DNA from: Chlamydiia bacterium
Lineage (GTDB): Bacteria > Chlamydiota > Chlamydiia > Chlamydiales > FEN-1388
Length of the DNA: 45,711 nt
Direction of reading: 5' to 3'
NCBI GenBank assembly: GCA_903848235.1
Contig: CAINFV010000089.1
Location: 1 to 45,711 of the forward strand
This document shows positions 19,075 to 27,787 of this stretch, in pieces; position 1 is the stretch's first letter; each line of letters begins with the position of its first letter. Below the pieces are notes generated by a model. The model made no database searches. It was not told the DNA's origin and was given only the letters and a program-made list of their open reading frames with translations. The position numbers and the translations under genes are program-made.

Positions 19075-20655
19075 TCATGGCTCTGTAGGAAAATAAAATG
19101 CAGGGTCATAGTGGTGGCTTGCAGGATTAAAAAGAACGGGGATGTCGTCAGGTGTGAGCTGGTCGAGAGGCAGGAGTTGATTTGACTTCATGATGACGAC
19201 GTGGCCGGCTATCCCTGAGCTTTTTCCGTTCAACAACGGGATCGAGATGCCCAATAAGTCTTGTAAGGAGAAAATATCTGTAGCGCTTCCCCAGAGTGTA
19301 GGAGGGGAGGTAGGCATCATGGCAAGCAAGTACTCATCAGTGGTATGCTCTTCCTGGTCTGAAGTAAACTCGTGATCGCGCATAGCGAATGAAAAAAAAT
19401 CGGCATCTTTCATGTGTCGGTTTAGCTGCCCTGCAAGGCTTAATTCTCGAAGAAGCAGAGCCCATTTGTTCCGTCTTTCTGCGTTTATCAAAATGGCAGT
19501 GATTTCTTGTGGCGCATCTAGTGAAATGTGTGCCTTAAGCTCCTGCCATTCGGTTGCGATGTTTATTGGAAATTTTAACAGTTTGTCTCCACCTTCCACT
19601 GATGCCGTAAAAAAAATCGCTGATGCTTTTGCAACGGCTAAATCCAGCTTTTGTAGCAACTCATCTCTCTGAATGCGTGACAACATTCCAATAGCAATTG
19701 AAGTAAACAGGCAATTTCCATCACCTATGGCATGGCAAATTTTGAAACCTGCTTTCGAAATCAAATCAAGGCCGAAAGCGTTGTCCTTTTCCTCCTTAAA
19801 TGCTTGGGTCTCTTCAGCGGGAGCATCGGGGATGCTTTTTTTGATTGCCTGGGTGAGCGTTTCTAATTCTGTTATAAATTGTGGATCGTCCATAGCCCTT
19901 TTCTCATTGCCACTCTCGAGAATTCTTAGCGCTTGTTCATGAGCTTGTTCCTCGCGGGTTAGTTTCTTTGGGTAGGTTGGGATAATGTCGAGCAGTCTTC
20001 CACCTAGCGTTTCATTGACAACTCCTGGGCTCGGAAATCCGTGGGCTTGAAGAAGCAATGGTTCTAACGCAGGTGGTGGGGGCGCTTCTTTCTGCAAAGC
20101 AAGGTCTTCTGCGGACAATGGTACCAAAGGGGCCTTCGGAGAGGTCGCGTGCTCAGAGCTTCCTGACAGTTTTTCGTCTAGCGTTTTCTTGGCCATTTCT
20201 AGGCTAGGAGATCCTTGGGTAAAAGCAGGGTTGTGTGCTGAAGCGGCCTCTGAAGGGCCCATGTGATGTTCGGGAAGCTTAGGGCTTTCTACGCGCTTGC
20301 GCTCTGGATGGGGTAGTGTCTTCGCAAAGAGAGTGTCGATGAGAGCCACATCAATCGGGGGCACCTTCCTGGATGCGTTATATTTACGAATCTTCTCTGT
20401 GAGGGGATCTTTAAGTCTATTCAAAACGATTTCTTGATTTTGATTTAGCCCCCTTTGGCTTACATTCGTGAGAATATTCGGAAGTTTAAAGGACTGATGA
20501 TCGAAGATATTGGCTAACAACCATGTGAACACCCCCTTTTTTCTGGCGGTGAGATCATTTCCTTTCAAGCGAAGAACGTATTGATCGGGAAATTTCAAGA
20601 AATCACTTATTCCCTTCCCTAAATTGATCATGGATAGCTTCCTTTTCAGTCTCAT
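19075..20655 (-). CDS. OTU-domain deubiquitinase-like protein, candidate secreted effector
   Basis: GDGNCLF (19705-19725), WGS, C-terminal HYD (19105-19113); true start may be ATG 20630. Confidence 0.75.
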   Translation of the reverse strand: MRLKRKLSMINLGKGISDFLKFPDQYVLRLKGNDLTARKKGVFTWLLANIFDHQSFKLPNILTNVSQRGLNQNQEIVLNRLKDPLTEKIRKYNASRKVPPIDVALIDTLFAKTLPHPERKRVESPKLPEHHMGPSEAASAHNPAFTQGSPSLEMAKKTLDEKLSGSSEHATSPKAPLVPLSAEDLALQKEAPPPPALEPLLLQAHGFPSPGVVNETLGGRLLDIIPTYPKKLTREEQAHEQALRILESGNEKRAMDDPQFITELETLTQAIKKSIPDAPAEETQAFKEEKDNAFGLDLISKAGFKICHAIGDGNCLFTSIAIGMLSRIQRDELLQKLDLAVAKASAIFFTASVEGGDKLLKFPINIATEWQELKAHISLDAPQEITAILINAERRNKWALLLRELSLAGQLNRHMKDADFFSFAMRDHEFTSDQEEHTTDEYLLAMMPTSPPTLWGSATDIFSLQDLLGISIPLLNGKSSGIAGHVVIMKSNQLLPLDQLTPDDIPVLFNPASHHYDPAFYFPTEP

Positions 20656-20890
20656 GTTAAGAGGGGGTTAAGAATCGCGGACCGGATACGTAAAACCAAT
20701 TCCCCTTAAATATCTACATATCTAGAACAAGTATTTTAGTCAAAATTATTCCTTCTCATATTAGTTTTATTTATAGACTATTCAATTATGAATTTATATA
20801 ATGTAGTTTTCTTTCGATTAGAACGTTTGTTTAATCGATAGAATGTTTGAGATATGTTTTTCGTAAAAAAAGTTACCAAGGGAGAAAACT

Positions 20891-21187
20891 ATGTCTTCTG
20901 CACAAGTCGAAGTACCAGGCCCCCAAGGAGTCGGATCGAAGAAAGGGATTCACTTCAAGCCACTCATCGATGGCATCGAAGCGTTGACCAAACAAGTTGT
21001 TGCCAAAATCGATGCGATCAGGAGCAAAAGCGGCGAAGTTGGGGGAGACCAAGAGATGAGCATTGCTGATATGTTCGATCTCCAAATGTCGATGACGAAG
21101 CTCAACCAGTTCTCAGAGATGTCGACCTCTGTTGTTTCTGCTATGAATACCGCTATTAACACTATGGCACACAACGTAAAAGGTTAG
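20891..21187 (+). CDS. cdsF: Type III secretion needle subunit CdsF/SctF-like protein
   Basis: C-terminus MFDLQMSMTKLNQFSEMSTSVVSAMNTAINTMAHNVKG follows the chlamydial CdsF pattern; 98 aa; GGAGA RBS. Confidence 0.75.
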   Translation: MSSAQVEVPGPQGVGSKKGIHFKPLIDGIEALTKQVVAKIDAIRSKSGEVGGDQEMSIADMFDLQMSMTKLNQFSEMSTSVVSAMNTAINTMAHNVKG

Positions 21188-21240
21188 TCATGGTTGCCGC
21201 AGTTCCCGCTTAAACTGGGCTTTATCAAGGGGAAAAACGC

Positions 21241-21273
21241 AAGCCATCGAGCACCTGCTGCTCGATGGCTTTT
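21241..21273 (+). terminator. Intrinsic terminator after cdsF-like gene
   Basis: AAGCCATCGAGCA / TGCTCGATGGCTT 13-bp stem plus T run. Confidence 0.7.
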
Positions 21274-21372
21274 CCATCCTCGAATTTTTTAGCAGGAACT
21301 GTTGCCATTGTATTTCTGTTCTCTCTCTCTAGACTATTCATTCAAATGGTTGTATAATCTCTCAGACTGGAG

Positions 21373-21531
21373 AGGCTTTTGCAAAACTGGCGACCGCGCT
21401 CTACTTGTGGCGGTTCGTGCTTAGCTTCGATCTCTCCTCACCTATAGTTACCACTATGGGTTTCGTCGAGATCAAAGCTATGCCCTTCGCCGGCACTTCG
21501 CATATCGCGATCGCGAGTTTTGCAAAAGCCT
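21373..21531. repeat. Palindromic element family B, copy 1 (159 bp)
   Basis: Terminal inverted repeats AGGCTTTTGCAAAACT / AGTTTTGCAAAAGCCT; collinear homolog at 45279-45438. Confidence 0.88.
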
Positions 21532-21532
21532 G

Positions 21533-21624
21533 TGGACTTTAGCATTTTTTGGGCCCGATTTCGCAATCGTCTAACAGAGAGAACGCTCTGAGAACTCTGT
21601 GCCCCAAAAAACGCTAAAGTCCAG
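21533..21624. repeat. Palindromic element family A, internally deleted copy
   Basis: Retains TGGACTTTAGCATTTTTTGGGC and GCTAAAGTCCAG ends, lacks ~68 bp of the centre. Confidence 0.9.
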
Positions 21625-21659
21625 TCAGAACAAATATGCTGCAGCCAAGGGTGTTGGAT

Positions 21660-24284
21660 ATGGGACAATCTACTGTTGAAATTCGTCGACGTTTTCTTGA
21701 GTATTTTCGTAGCCAAGGTCATAAAGAGGTCGCCTCTTCTTCTGTCGTCCCTCACGATGATCCTACCCTCCTTTTTACCAACGCAGGGATGAACCAATTC
21801 AAGGATGTCTTTCTTGGAAAAACACAGCGTGACTATACACGCGCCACTACAAGCCAGAAGTGCATCCGCGCTGGTGGTAAGCACAATGACCTAGAGAATG
21901 TCGGCCATACCAGCCGCCATCTTACCTTCTTTGAAATGCTCGGGAACTTTTCGTTCGGCGACTATTTTAAAAAAGACGCCATTAAGTTTGCATGGGAAGT
22001 GTCAACGCAGGTATTTGCTTTTCCCGAAAACAAAATCTACCCCACTGTCTTTCGTGATGATGATGAGGCTTTTGAACTATGGACGGCGCATGTCCCTGCC
22101 TCTCGCATCACCCGCTTTGGAGAAAAAGAGAATTTCTGGGCAATGGGCGATACAGGGCCATGCGGCCCCTGCTCAGAGCTGTTGTTTGACAGAGGCGAGG
22201 GATATGGCTCTGCATCAAGCCCTTCAGAAGACGCTTCCGGAGAGCGGTATTTAGAATTCTGGAATCTGGTCTTCATGCAGTATAACCGCTCCTCAGATGG
22301 CTCCATGGCGCCTCTTCCGAGGCCTTCTATTGACACTGGAGCCGGCCTTGAGCGTGTCGTGTCGTTGATTCAAAAGAAAGACACGGTGTATGAGACGGAT
22401 ATCCTTCGGTCATTGATTGCAGGGGTAGAGCGTATCAGTGGGAAGCACTACGATCCTGCATCACCGATTGCCCCAGCATTTCGTGTGATTGCCGATCATC
22501 TTCGCTCATTGTCATTTGCCATTGCCGATGGCGCTCAGCCAAGCAATACAGATCGTGGATATGTATTGAGGAAAATTCTGCGTCGCGCTGTTCGCTATGG
22601 AAAGCAGCTAGGTTTTGAAGGGCCGTTCCTAGCAAGCCTGCTCCCTGATCTAATTCAGGTGATGAAAGATCCATATATTGAGCTGCAGAGGGCCGAGAGC
22701 CGTATAGCAGAGATCATGACCCTCGAAGAAGAGGCGTTCTTTAGAACCCTTCGCCGAGGAGGGAATATACTCTCCAAAGTCATTGACAAGGCAAAGCAAG
22801 GGTCGCAGCGCATCAGCGGGGAAGATGCCTTTGTGTTGAAAGACACCTATGGCCTTCCTCTCGAAGAGATTCAGCTGCTCGCTATCGACCACAACTTGAA
22901 TGTCGATACCTCGCGATTCGATGAGCTTGAGATGGAAGCTAGGGCTCGATCCAAGGCCGCTCGCAAAGCAGGAGGACACTGTGCTGAACAGTCCTGTTTT
23001 GAGACGATTGTCCGTGATAGAGGAACGACACAGTTCATAAGAGCAACGAAAGAGGGCGTTGAGGCGAAGGTCATTGCTTGCCTGAAAGACGGAGTGCTCG
23101 TTGACAGTGCAGAAGCGGGAGATGAGGTGACACTTGTCCTGAACAGAACACCATTGTATGCCGAAATGGGAGGACAGGTAGGAGATCAGGGCTTTTTGCA
23201 AAATAGCCAATGCTATGTCAATATCGCTGATACACAAGCCCCTTTTGCCGGTGTCATTGCCCATATCGGCACCGTGCAAGAAGGGGTGTTACGAGTTAAT
23301 GATACCGTTGTTGCTAGTGTCAACGTTGAGCGACGGGGGAAGATAGAAGCAAACCACACGGCAACACACCTTCTCCATGTAGCCCTCCACCAGGTGTTAG
23401 GAGAACATGCTTGTCAGGGAGGCTCTCTTGTCAACGACGAGTATCTTCGCTTTGACTTTTCCCATCACAAAGCAGTGACGCAAGAAGAGCTGCAGACGAT
23501 TGAAAACCGGGTCAACGAGCTGATTCGCGACGATCATCCTGTACAGTGCTATGAGCTGACGCTAGAAGAGGCGCAAAAGCGCCCGGATATCAAGCAAATT
23601 TTCGGTGAGAAATACGGCTCTACAGTACGTGTCCTTGAGGTAGGTGTGTCAAAAGAGCTCTGCGGTGGATCCCACGTATTGCAGACTGGGAAGATCGGTT
23701 ATTTTCGTATCTTAAAAGAGTCGAGCATTGCTGCGGGGACACGTCGTATAGAAGCAGTGACAGGACAAAAAGCGGTTGACGAGGCACGGATGGCTGACAA
23801 AGCGCTCGACGCTATCGCCGACCTGCTGAAAGTGCCAACAGCAAAAATCACAGAGAGGCTGACTCGTCTATTCAGTGATGCAAAGTGTTTTGAATCAGAG
23901 CTGAAACAACTGAAACGAGAAAAGCTTCAGCTGCTGCTCGCCACGGTACCTGTCAAAAGCGTAAGGGACGACCGCAGCATCATTGCTGGAGTGTTGCCCA
24001 TTCTTACCGATGAGTTGAAGGTCGCTGCCGAAGAGGCTGCGAAGGAGAGCCCGACAGCTATCATCGTCTTAGGATGCGTGCATGATGGCAGGGCACATGT
24101 GTTTGTAAAAGTGCCGTCTGCTCTTATAAAGGCAGGCCTCCATGCCGGGAACCTTCTCAAACAGGTATTGCCAATGATTGAGGGAAATGGCGGCGGCAAA
24201 GCGGAAAGTGCCCAAGGTGCTGGAAAGGGGACTGCGGGACTCTCTGCTGCAATAGAGAGTATCGTTGTATCGTGTACGGCATAA
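21660..24284 (+). CDS. alaS: Alanine--tRNA ligase
   Basis: LLFTNAGMNQFK, HLTFFEMLGNFSFGDYFK, IDTGAGLER, NHTATHLL, ELCGGSHV, GGGK. Confidence 0.98.
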   Translation: MGQSTVEIRRRFLEYFRSQGHKEVASSSVVPHDDPTLLFTNAGMNQFKDVFLGKTQRDYTRATTSQKCIRAGGKHNDLENVGHTSRHLTFFEMLGNFSFGDYFKKDAIKFAWEVSTQVFAFPENKIYPTVFRDDDEAFELWTAHVPASRITRFGEKENFWAMGDTGPCGPCSELLFDRGEGYGSASSPSEDASGERYLEFWNLVFMQYNRSSDGSMAPLPRPSIDTGAGLERVVSLIQKKDTVYETDILRSLIAGVERISGKHYDPASPIAPAFRVIADHLRSLSFAIADGAQPSNTDRGYVLRKILRRAVRYGKQLGFEGPFLASLLPDLIQVMKDPYIELQRAESRIAEIMTLEEEAFFRTLRRGGNILSKVIDKAKQGSQRISGEDAFVLKDTYGLPLEEIQLLAIDHNLNVDTSRFDELEMEARARSKAARKAGGHCAEQSCFETIVRDRGTTQFIRATKEGVEAKVIACLKDGVLVDSAEAGDEVTLVLNRTPLYAEMGGQVGDQGFLQNSQCYVNIADTQAPFAGVIAHIGTVQEGVLRVNDTVVASVNVERRGKIEANHTATHLLHVALHQVLGEHACQGGSLVNDEYLRFDFSHHKAVTQEELQTIENRVNELIRDDHPVQCYELTLEEAQKRPDIKQIFGEKYGSTVRVLEVGVSKELCGGSHVLQTGKIGYFRILKESSIAAGTRRIEAVTGQKAVDEARMADKALDAIADLLKVPTAKITERLTRLFSDAKCFESELKQLKREKLQLLLATVPVKSVRDDRSIIAGVLPILTDELKVAAEEAAKESPTAIIVLGCVHDGRAHVFVKVPSALIKAGLHAGNLLKQVLPMIEGNGGGKAESAQGAGKGTAGLSAAIESIVVSCTA

Positions 24285-24294
24285 GAATGGTTAT

Positions 24295-27200
24295 ATGACC
24301 CAAGAGAACGCTTTTGATGAGGTGTTTGCAGCTCGCTTAAAACAAGGGAAGTCCCTTGCCTTCGAGCACCTAGAAACACCCATGAAAGCGTTTCTTCTTG
24401 CTGAGGCATATCGTCATAGTGGAAGGGATGTTCTTATCCTCACGGGAGAAGGACAGGAAGAGTCGCGTCTTCTTCAAAACATTGAGTTTTTTGTCTCCAC
24501 TTCACCCGTTGAGCTTCCCTCGTGGGAGACATTGCCATCAGAGCGCGTTGCGCCAAGCTCAGACATCGTCGGGGCGAGGCAAAAAGCGCTTCAGACTATT
24601 ATCCATCGCACCACTCCACAGATCATCATCAGCTCCCTACAGGCTTCGCTTCACAGGGTGCAGTCTGAAAAGGCATTGAAAGAAGGCTTGCTGATCATAC
24701 GAAAGGGTGATGAGCTTCCCTTCGATGTCTTCACACAGCACCTGTCACTTATGGGGTATACCAGATGTCCTGTGGCAGTAGAAAAGGGAGAGTTCGCTAT
24801 TCGTGGCGGCATTGTAGACATCTTTCCTGTCACAGAGCAGCGTCCAATCCGTATTGACTTTTTTGATGATGAAGTGGAGTCCTTGCGACAGTATGATCCG
24901 CTGTCACAGCGAACAGCGAATGCTGTAGAGAGCGTCACCATTACCTCCGGCAAAGAGCTTGAAACACTCGAGAAAGCAGCGGACAAAGATCTGGTGACGA
25001 TCTTCGACTTGCTCCCTTCAAACACACTGATCATCCTCGACGACCTCGAGCTCCTCGAAGATCGATATGCCAGCCTCGTCTCGCAAGGGGGGGTGAAGTC
25101 CAAGACCTTTCTCTGCGTTGAAGAGTGGCTGGACGCACTTCTCAAACACCAATGCATCGCCTTTAGCTATGTCTCACTAGAAGCTCTTACACATGTCAAG
25201 CGGTCGGCCTTATCGAAAGGGGGATCATATGCCCTTGCAGGGGAAACAGAGACAATCTCCTTTTCAATGTTTCAGCGGGAATTTACTGTCGACAGGCTCA
25301 ATCATCCGTTTCGCATTCTACCGGAGTTCTACGAAGAAAAATGTCTTTTGAAGGAGCCTCCAGAAGGAGAGTCTCTTCTGGACTGCTTTCTGCAGACGGA
25401 AAAAACATGCCCTCATACTGTCATCGTCCAGTCTTTAGTCGAACTCGAATGGATGAAGAAAAAACTCGAAGACAGAGGAGGCGCTTTCGACCCCGCGATC
25501 GCTGTCAAAGAGGGGTATCTTTCTGCAGGCTTTGCTCGAATAGATACCAATGAGGTCTTCTTTGCAACGGCGGAGGTGACAGGGCGTATTACCGTCCGCC
25601 GTGACACAAAGCGGATGACGTCTCTTGTCACAGAATACGATGCGTTTGATGTTCAGCTAGGAGATGTTGTCGTCCATTTTCACCACGGCCTTGGGAAATT
25701 CTGTGGTGTAGAGCGGCGTCCTGACGTCTATGGGCGCGAGCAGGAGTTTTTTGTCCTCGAATATGCTGACAGAGCCAAGCTCTACGTTCCTCTCACCCAA
25801 TCCCATCTCATTAGTAAGTATGTCGGTGGTGGTGAAGAGTCGCCAAAGCTTCATACTCTTGGAGCCTCCCGCTGGAAACGACTTCGTGAAGATACAGAAC
25901 GGGCTATCCTTGGTTATGCCTCTGATCTGCTACGCATCCAGGCGACCAGGGTGATCAATGGGGGCTTTGCCTTTCAAAAAGATGGCCTTCCTCTTCAGCT
26001 TTTTGAAGCGGAATTTCCTTATACGGAGACTGAAGATCAGCTCAAGGCGATAGCCGATATTAAAAATGACATGTGTTCATCAAAAGCCATGGACCGTCTT
26101 GTATGCGGTGACGTTGGCTATGGAAAGACAGAAGTAGCCATGCGCGCTGCTTTTAAAGCTGTAAGCGATGGCGCTAAGCAGGTAGCTATCCTTGCCCCGA
26201 CGACGGTTCTTGCCTTACAGCATTATGAGAACTTCGTCGATCGTACAAGTCCTTTTGGCATTAAAGTTGGAGTGCTCTCTCGCTTTTCGACGCCAAAGCA
26301 AAATCGTCAGACAATACAAGAGGTGGCATCTGGGAATATCGATATCATCATCGGCACCCATAGGCTTCTTCAGAAGGACGTTGCCTTTAAAGACCTAGGG
26401 CTTGTCATCATCGACGAAGAGCAACGGTTTGGGGTAAAGGCAAAAGAGCAGCTGAAAATTATTAAGGATGGGGTCGACTGCCTCACGCTGTCTGCAACAC
26501 CCATCCCAAGGACGCTCTACCTCTCTCTTATCAGCGCTCGAGAACTTTCGACTATCAGCACGCCTCCCCACGACCGCCTTCCTATAAAAACTGTCATCTG
26601 TGAGCCAAGCGATGACATTATTCAAAGCGTTCTCTTTCGTGAGTTAAACCGTGGCGGGCAGGCATTTTTTATTCACAATCGGGTAGAGAGCATCTTTGAA
26701 TCTGCCGACAGGCTGAAGAGGCTTCTGCCACGAGCTCGCATTGCTGTGGCTCACGGGCAGATGGGTGCTGATGAGCTGGATCTTGTATTCCATGCTTTTA
26801 AGCGCGGCGATGTTGACATCCTTGTTGCTACGTCGATTGTTGAAAATGGAATCGATATTCCCAATGCCAATACCATCCTCATTGATCGTGCCGATCAATT
26901 TGGCATTGCCGACCTCTACCAGCTCCGCGGCCGTGTAGGACGGTGGAATCGCCGTGCCTATGCCTACTTCTTGCTTCCTTCGAAGAGAATGCTCTCTGAG
27001 ATAGCTCGCAAGCGCATCGAAGCTATTGCGCAGGCTGGGGGCTATGGTGGCGGGCTTAAAGTGGCGATGCGCGACCTGGAAATACGGGGTGCTGGCGATA
27101 TCCTTGGCACAGAGCAATCTGGAAATGTAGCTTCTATTGGCTTTCATCTGTACTGCAAACTTCTGAAGCGCACCATAGAATCCCTTCAAGGGAAGACCCC

Positions 27201-27591
27201 CAGCTGGACGATTGATACTCGTATAGAGACTCCCTATGACGCTCGTCTTCCTGACATGTATGTCAATGAGGTCTCTTTGCGGATGGAGTTCTACCAACGG
27301 TTTGGAGAAGCAAAGAATGCAGATGAGGTGAGCGATATTGCTAAAGAGCTTGCCGATAGATTTGGAGCTCTTCCTGAGCCTGCGCAGTGGCTTGTTGCCA
27401 CTACGAAGGTGAAGGTTGCTGGTGCACAAAAGGGATATACACTCATCAGGCTTGAGACACACTCCCTTATCCTCGAGCGGAAGACGGGTGAGAAGAGCCA
27501 TTCGAACCGGGTATTACTGTCCCGCCCGAAATCTCCGGAAGAATTTGAGAAAAAAGTCATCGATGCCATCGACGCTATGGCAGCAGGCTGA
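24295..27591 (+). CDS. mfd: Transcription-repair coupling factor
   Basis: GEFAIRGGIVDIFP, CarD-like VVHFHHGLG, CGDVGYGKTEVA, IIDEEQRFG, LSATPIPRT, QLRGRVGR, DLEIRGAG. Confidence 0.97.
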   Translation: MTQENAFDEVFAARLKQGKSLAFEHLETPMKAFLLAEAYRHSGRDVLILTGEGQEESRLLQNIEFFVSTSPVELPSWETLPSERVAPSSDIVGARQKALQTIIHRTTPQIIISSLQASLHRVQSEKALKEGLLIIRKGDELPFDVFTQHLSLMGYTRCPVAVEKGEFAIRGGIVDIFPVTEQRPIRIDFFDDEVESLRQYDPLSQRTANAVESVTITSGKELETLEKAADKDLVTIFDLLPSNTLIILDDLELLEDRYASLVSQGGVKSKTFLCVEEWLDALLKHQCIAFSYVSLEALTHVKRSALSKGGSYALAGETETISFSMFQREFTVDRLNHPFRILPEFYEEKCLLKEPPEGESLLDCFLQTEKTCPHTVIVQSLVELEWMKKKLEDRGGAFDPAIAVKEGYLSAGFARIDTNEVFFATAEVTGRITVRRDTKRMTSLVTEYDAFDVQLGDVVVHFHHGLGKFCGVERRPDVYGREQEFFVLEYADRAKLYVPLTQSHLISKYVGGGEESPKLHTLGASRWKRLREDTERAILGYASDLLRIQATRVINGGFAFQKDGLPLQLFEAEFPYTETEDQLKAIADIKNDMCSSKAMDRLVCGDVGYGKTEVAMRAAFKAVSDGAKQVAILAPTTVLALQHYENFVDRTSPFGIKVGVLSRFSTPKQNRQTIQEVASGNIDIIIGTHRLLQKDVAFKDLGLVIIDEEQRFGVKAKEQLKIIKDGVDCLTLSATPIPRTLYLSLISARELSTISTPPHDRLPIKTVICEPSDDIIQSVLFRELNRGGQAFFIHNRVESIFESADRLKRLLPRARIAVAHGQMGADELDLVFHAFKRGDVDILVATSIVENGIDIPNANTILIDRADQFGIADLYQLRGRVGRWNRRAYAYFLLPSKRMLSEIARKRIEAIAQAGGYGGGLKVAMRDLEIRGAGDILGTEQSGNVASIGFHLYCKLLKRTIESLQGKTPSWTIDTRIETPYDARLPDMYVNEVSLRMEFYQRFGEAKNADEVSDIAKELADRFGALPEPAQWLVATTKVKVAGAQKGYTLIRLETHSLILERKTGEKSHSNRVLLSRPKSPEEFEKKVIDAIDAMAAG

Positions 27592-27595
27592 GCAT

Positions 27596-27755
27596 ATACC
27601 ACTGACAGTTGAAAGTCGCATACCTGCCATCGAAAAAGCCCGCATCTTCGAGTCGGTAAAAACAACCCCTACTTTTAGTAGCGGGTCTGTTTTTGCCGAT
27701 CGAATCTGCGGACTTTTTCTTCGGCATCTATCCAACTTTCAACTGTCACCGGTAT
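27596..27755. repeat. Palindromic element family C (160 bp) between convergent genes
   Basis: ATACC..TGACAGTTGAAAGT / ACTTTCAACTGTCA..GGTAT ends with imperfect pairing along the whole length; an extra GACAGTTGAAAGTCG follows at 27764-27778. Confidence 0.85.
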
Positions 27756-27787
27756 TTCCCGCCGACAGTTGAAAGTCGAGCTTAGGC

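Noticed and set aside
20721-20733. Further copy of the 22-bp motif upstream of cdsF (TCTAGAACAAGTA)
   Set aside because: Only a partial match in AT-rich DNA; chance cannot be excluded
21373-21624. T-box or other alaS-specific leader RNA
   Set aside because: Both hairpins recur next to unrelated genes and no T-box consensus is evident
26644-27501. 285-aa antisense ORF, and 17328-18137, 22650-23279
   Set aside because: Shadow ORFs opposite mfd, nadE and alaS with no recognisable motifs
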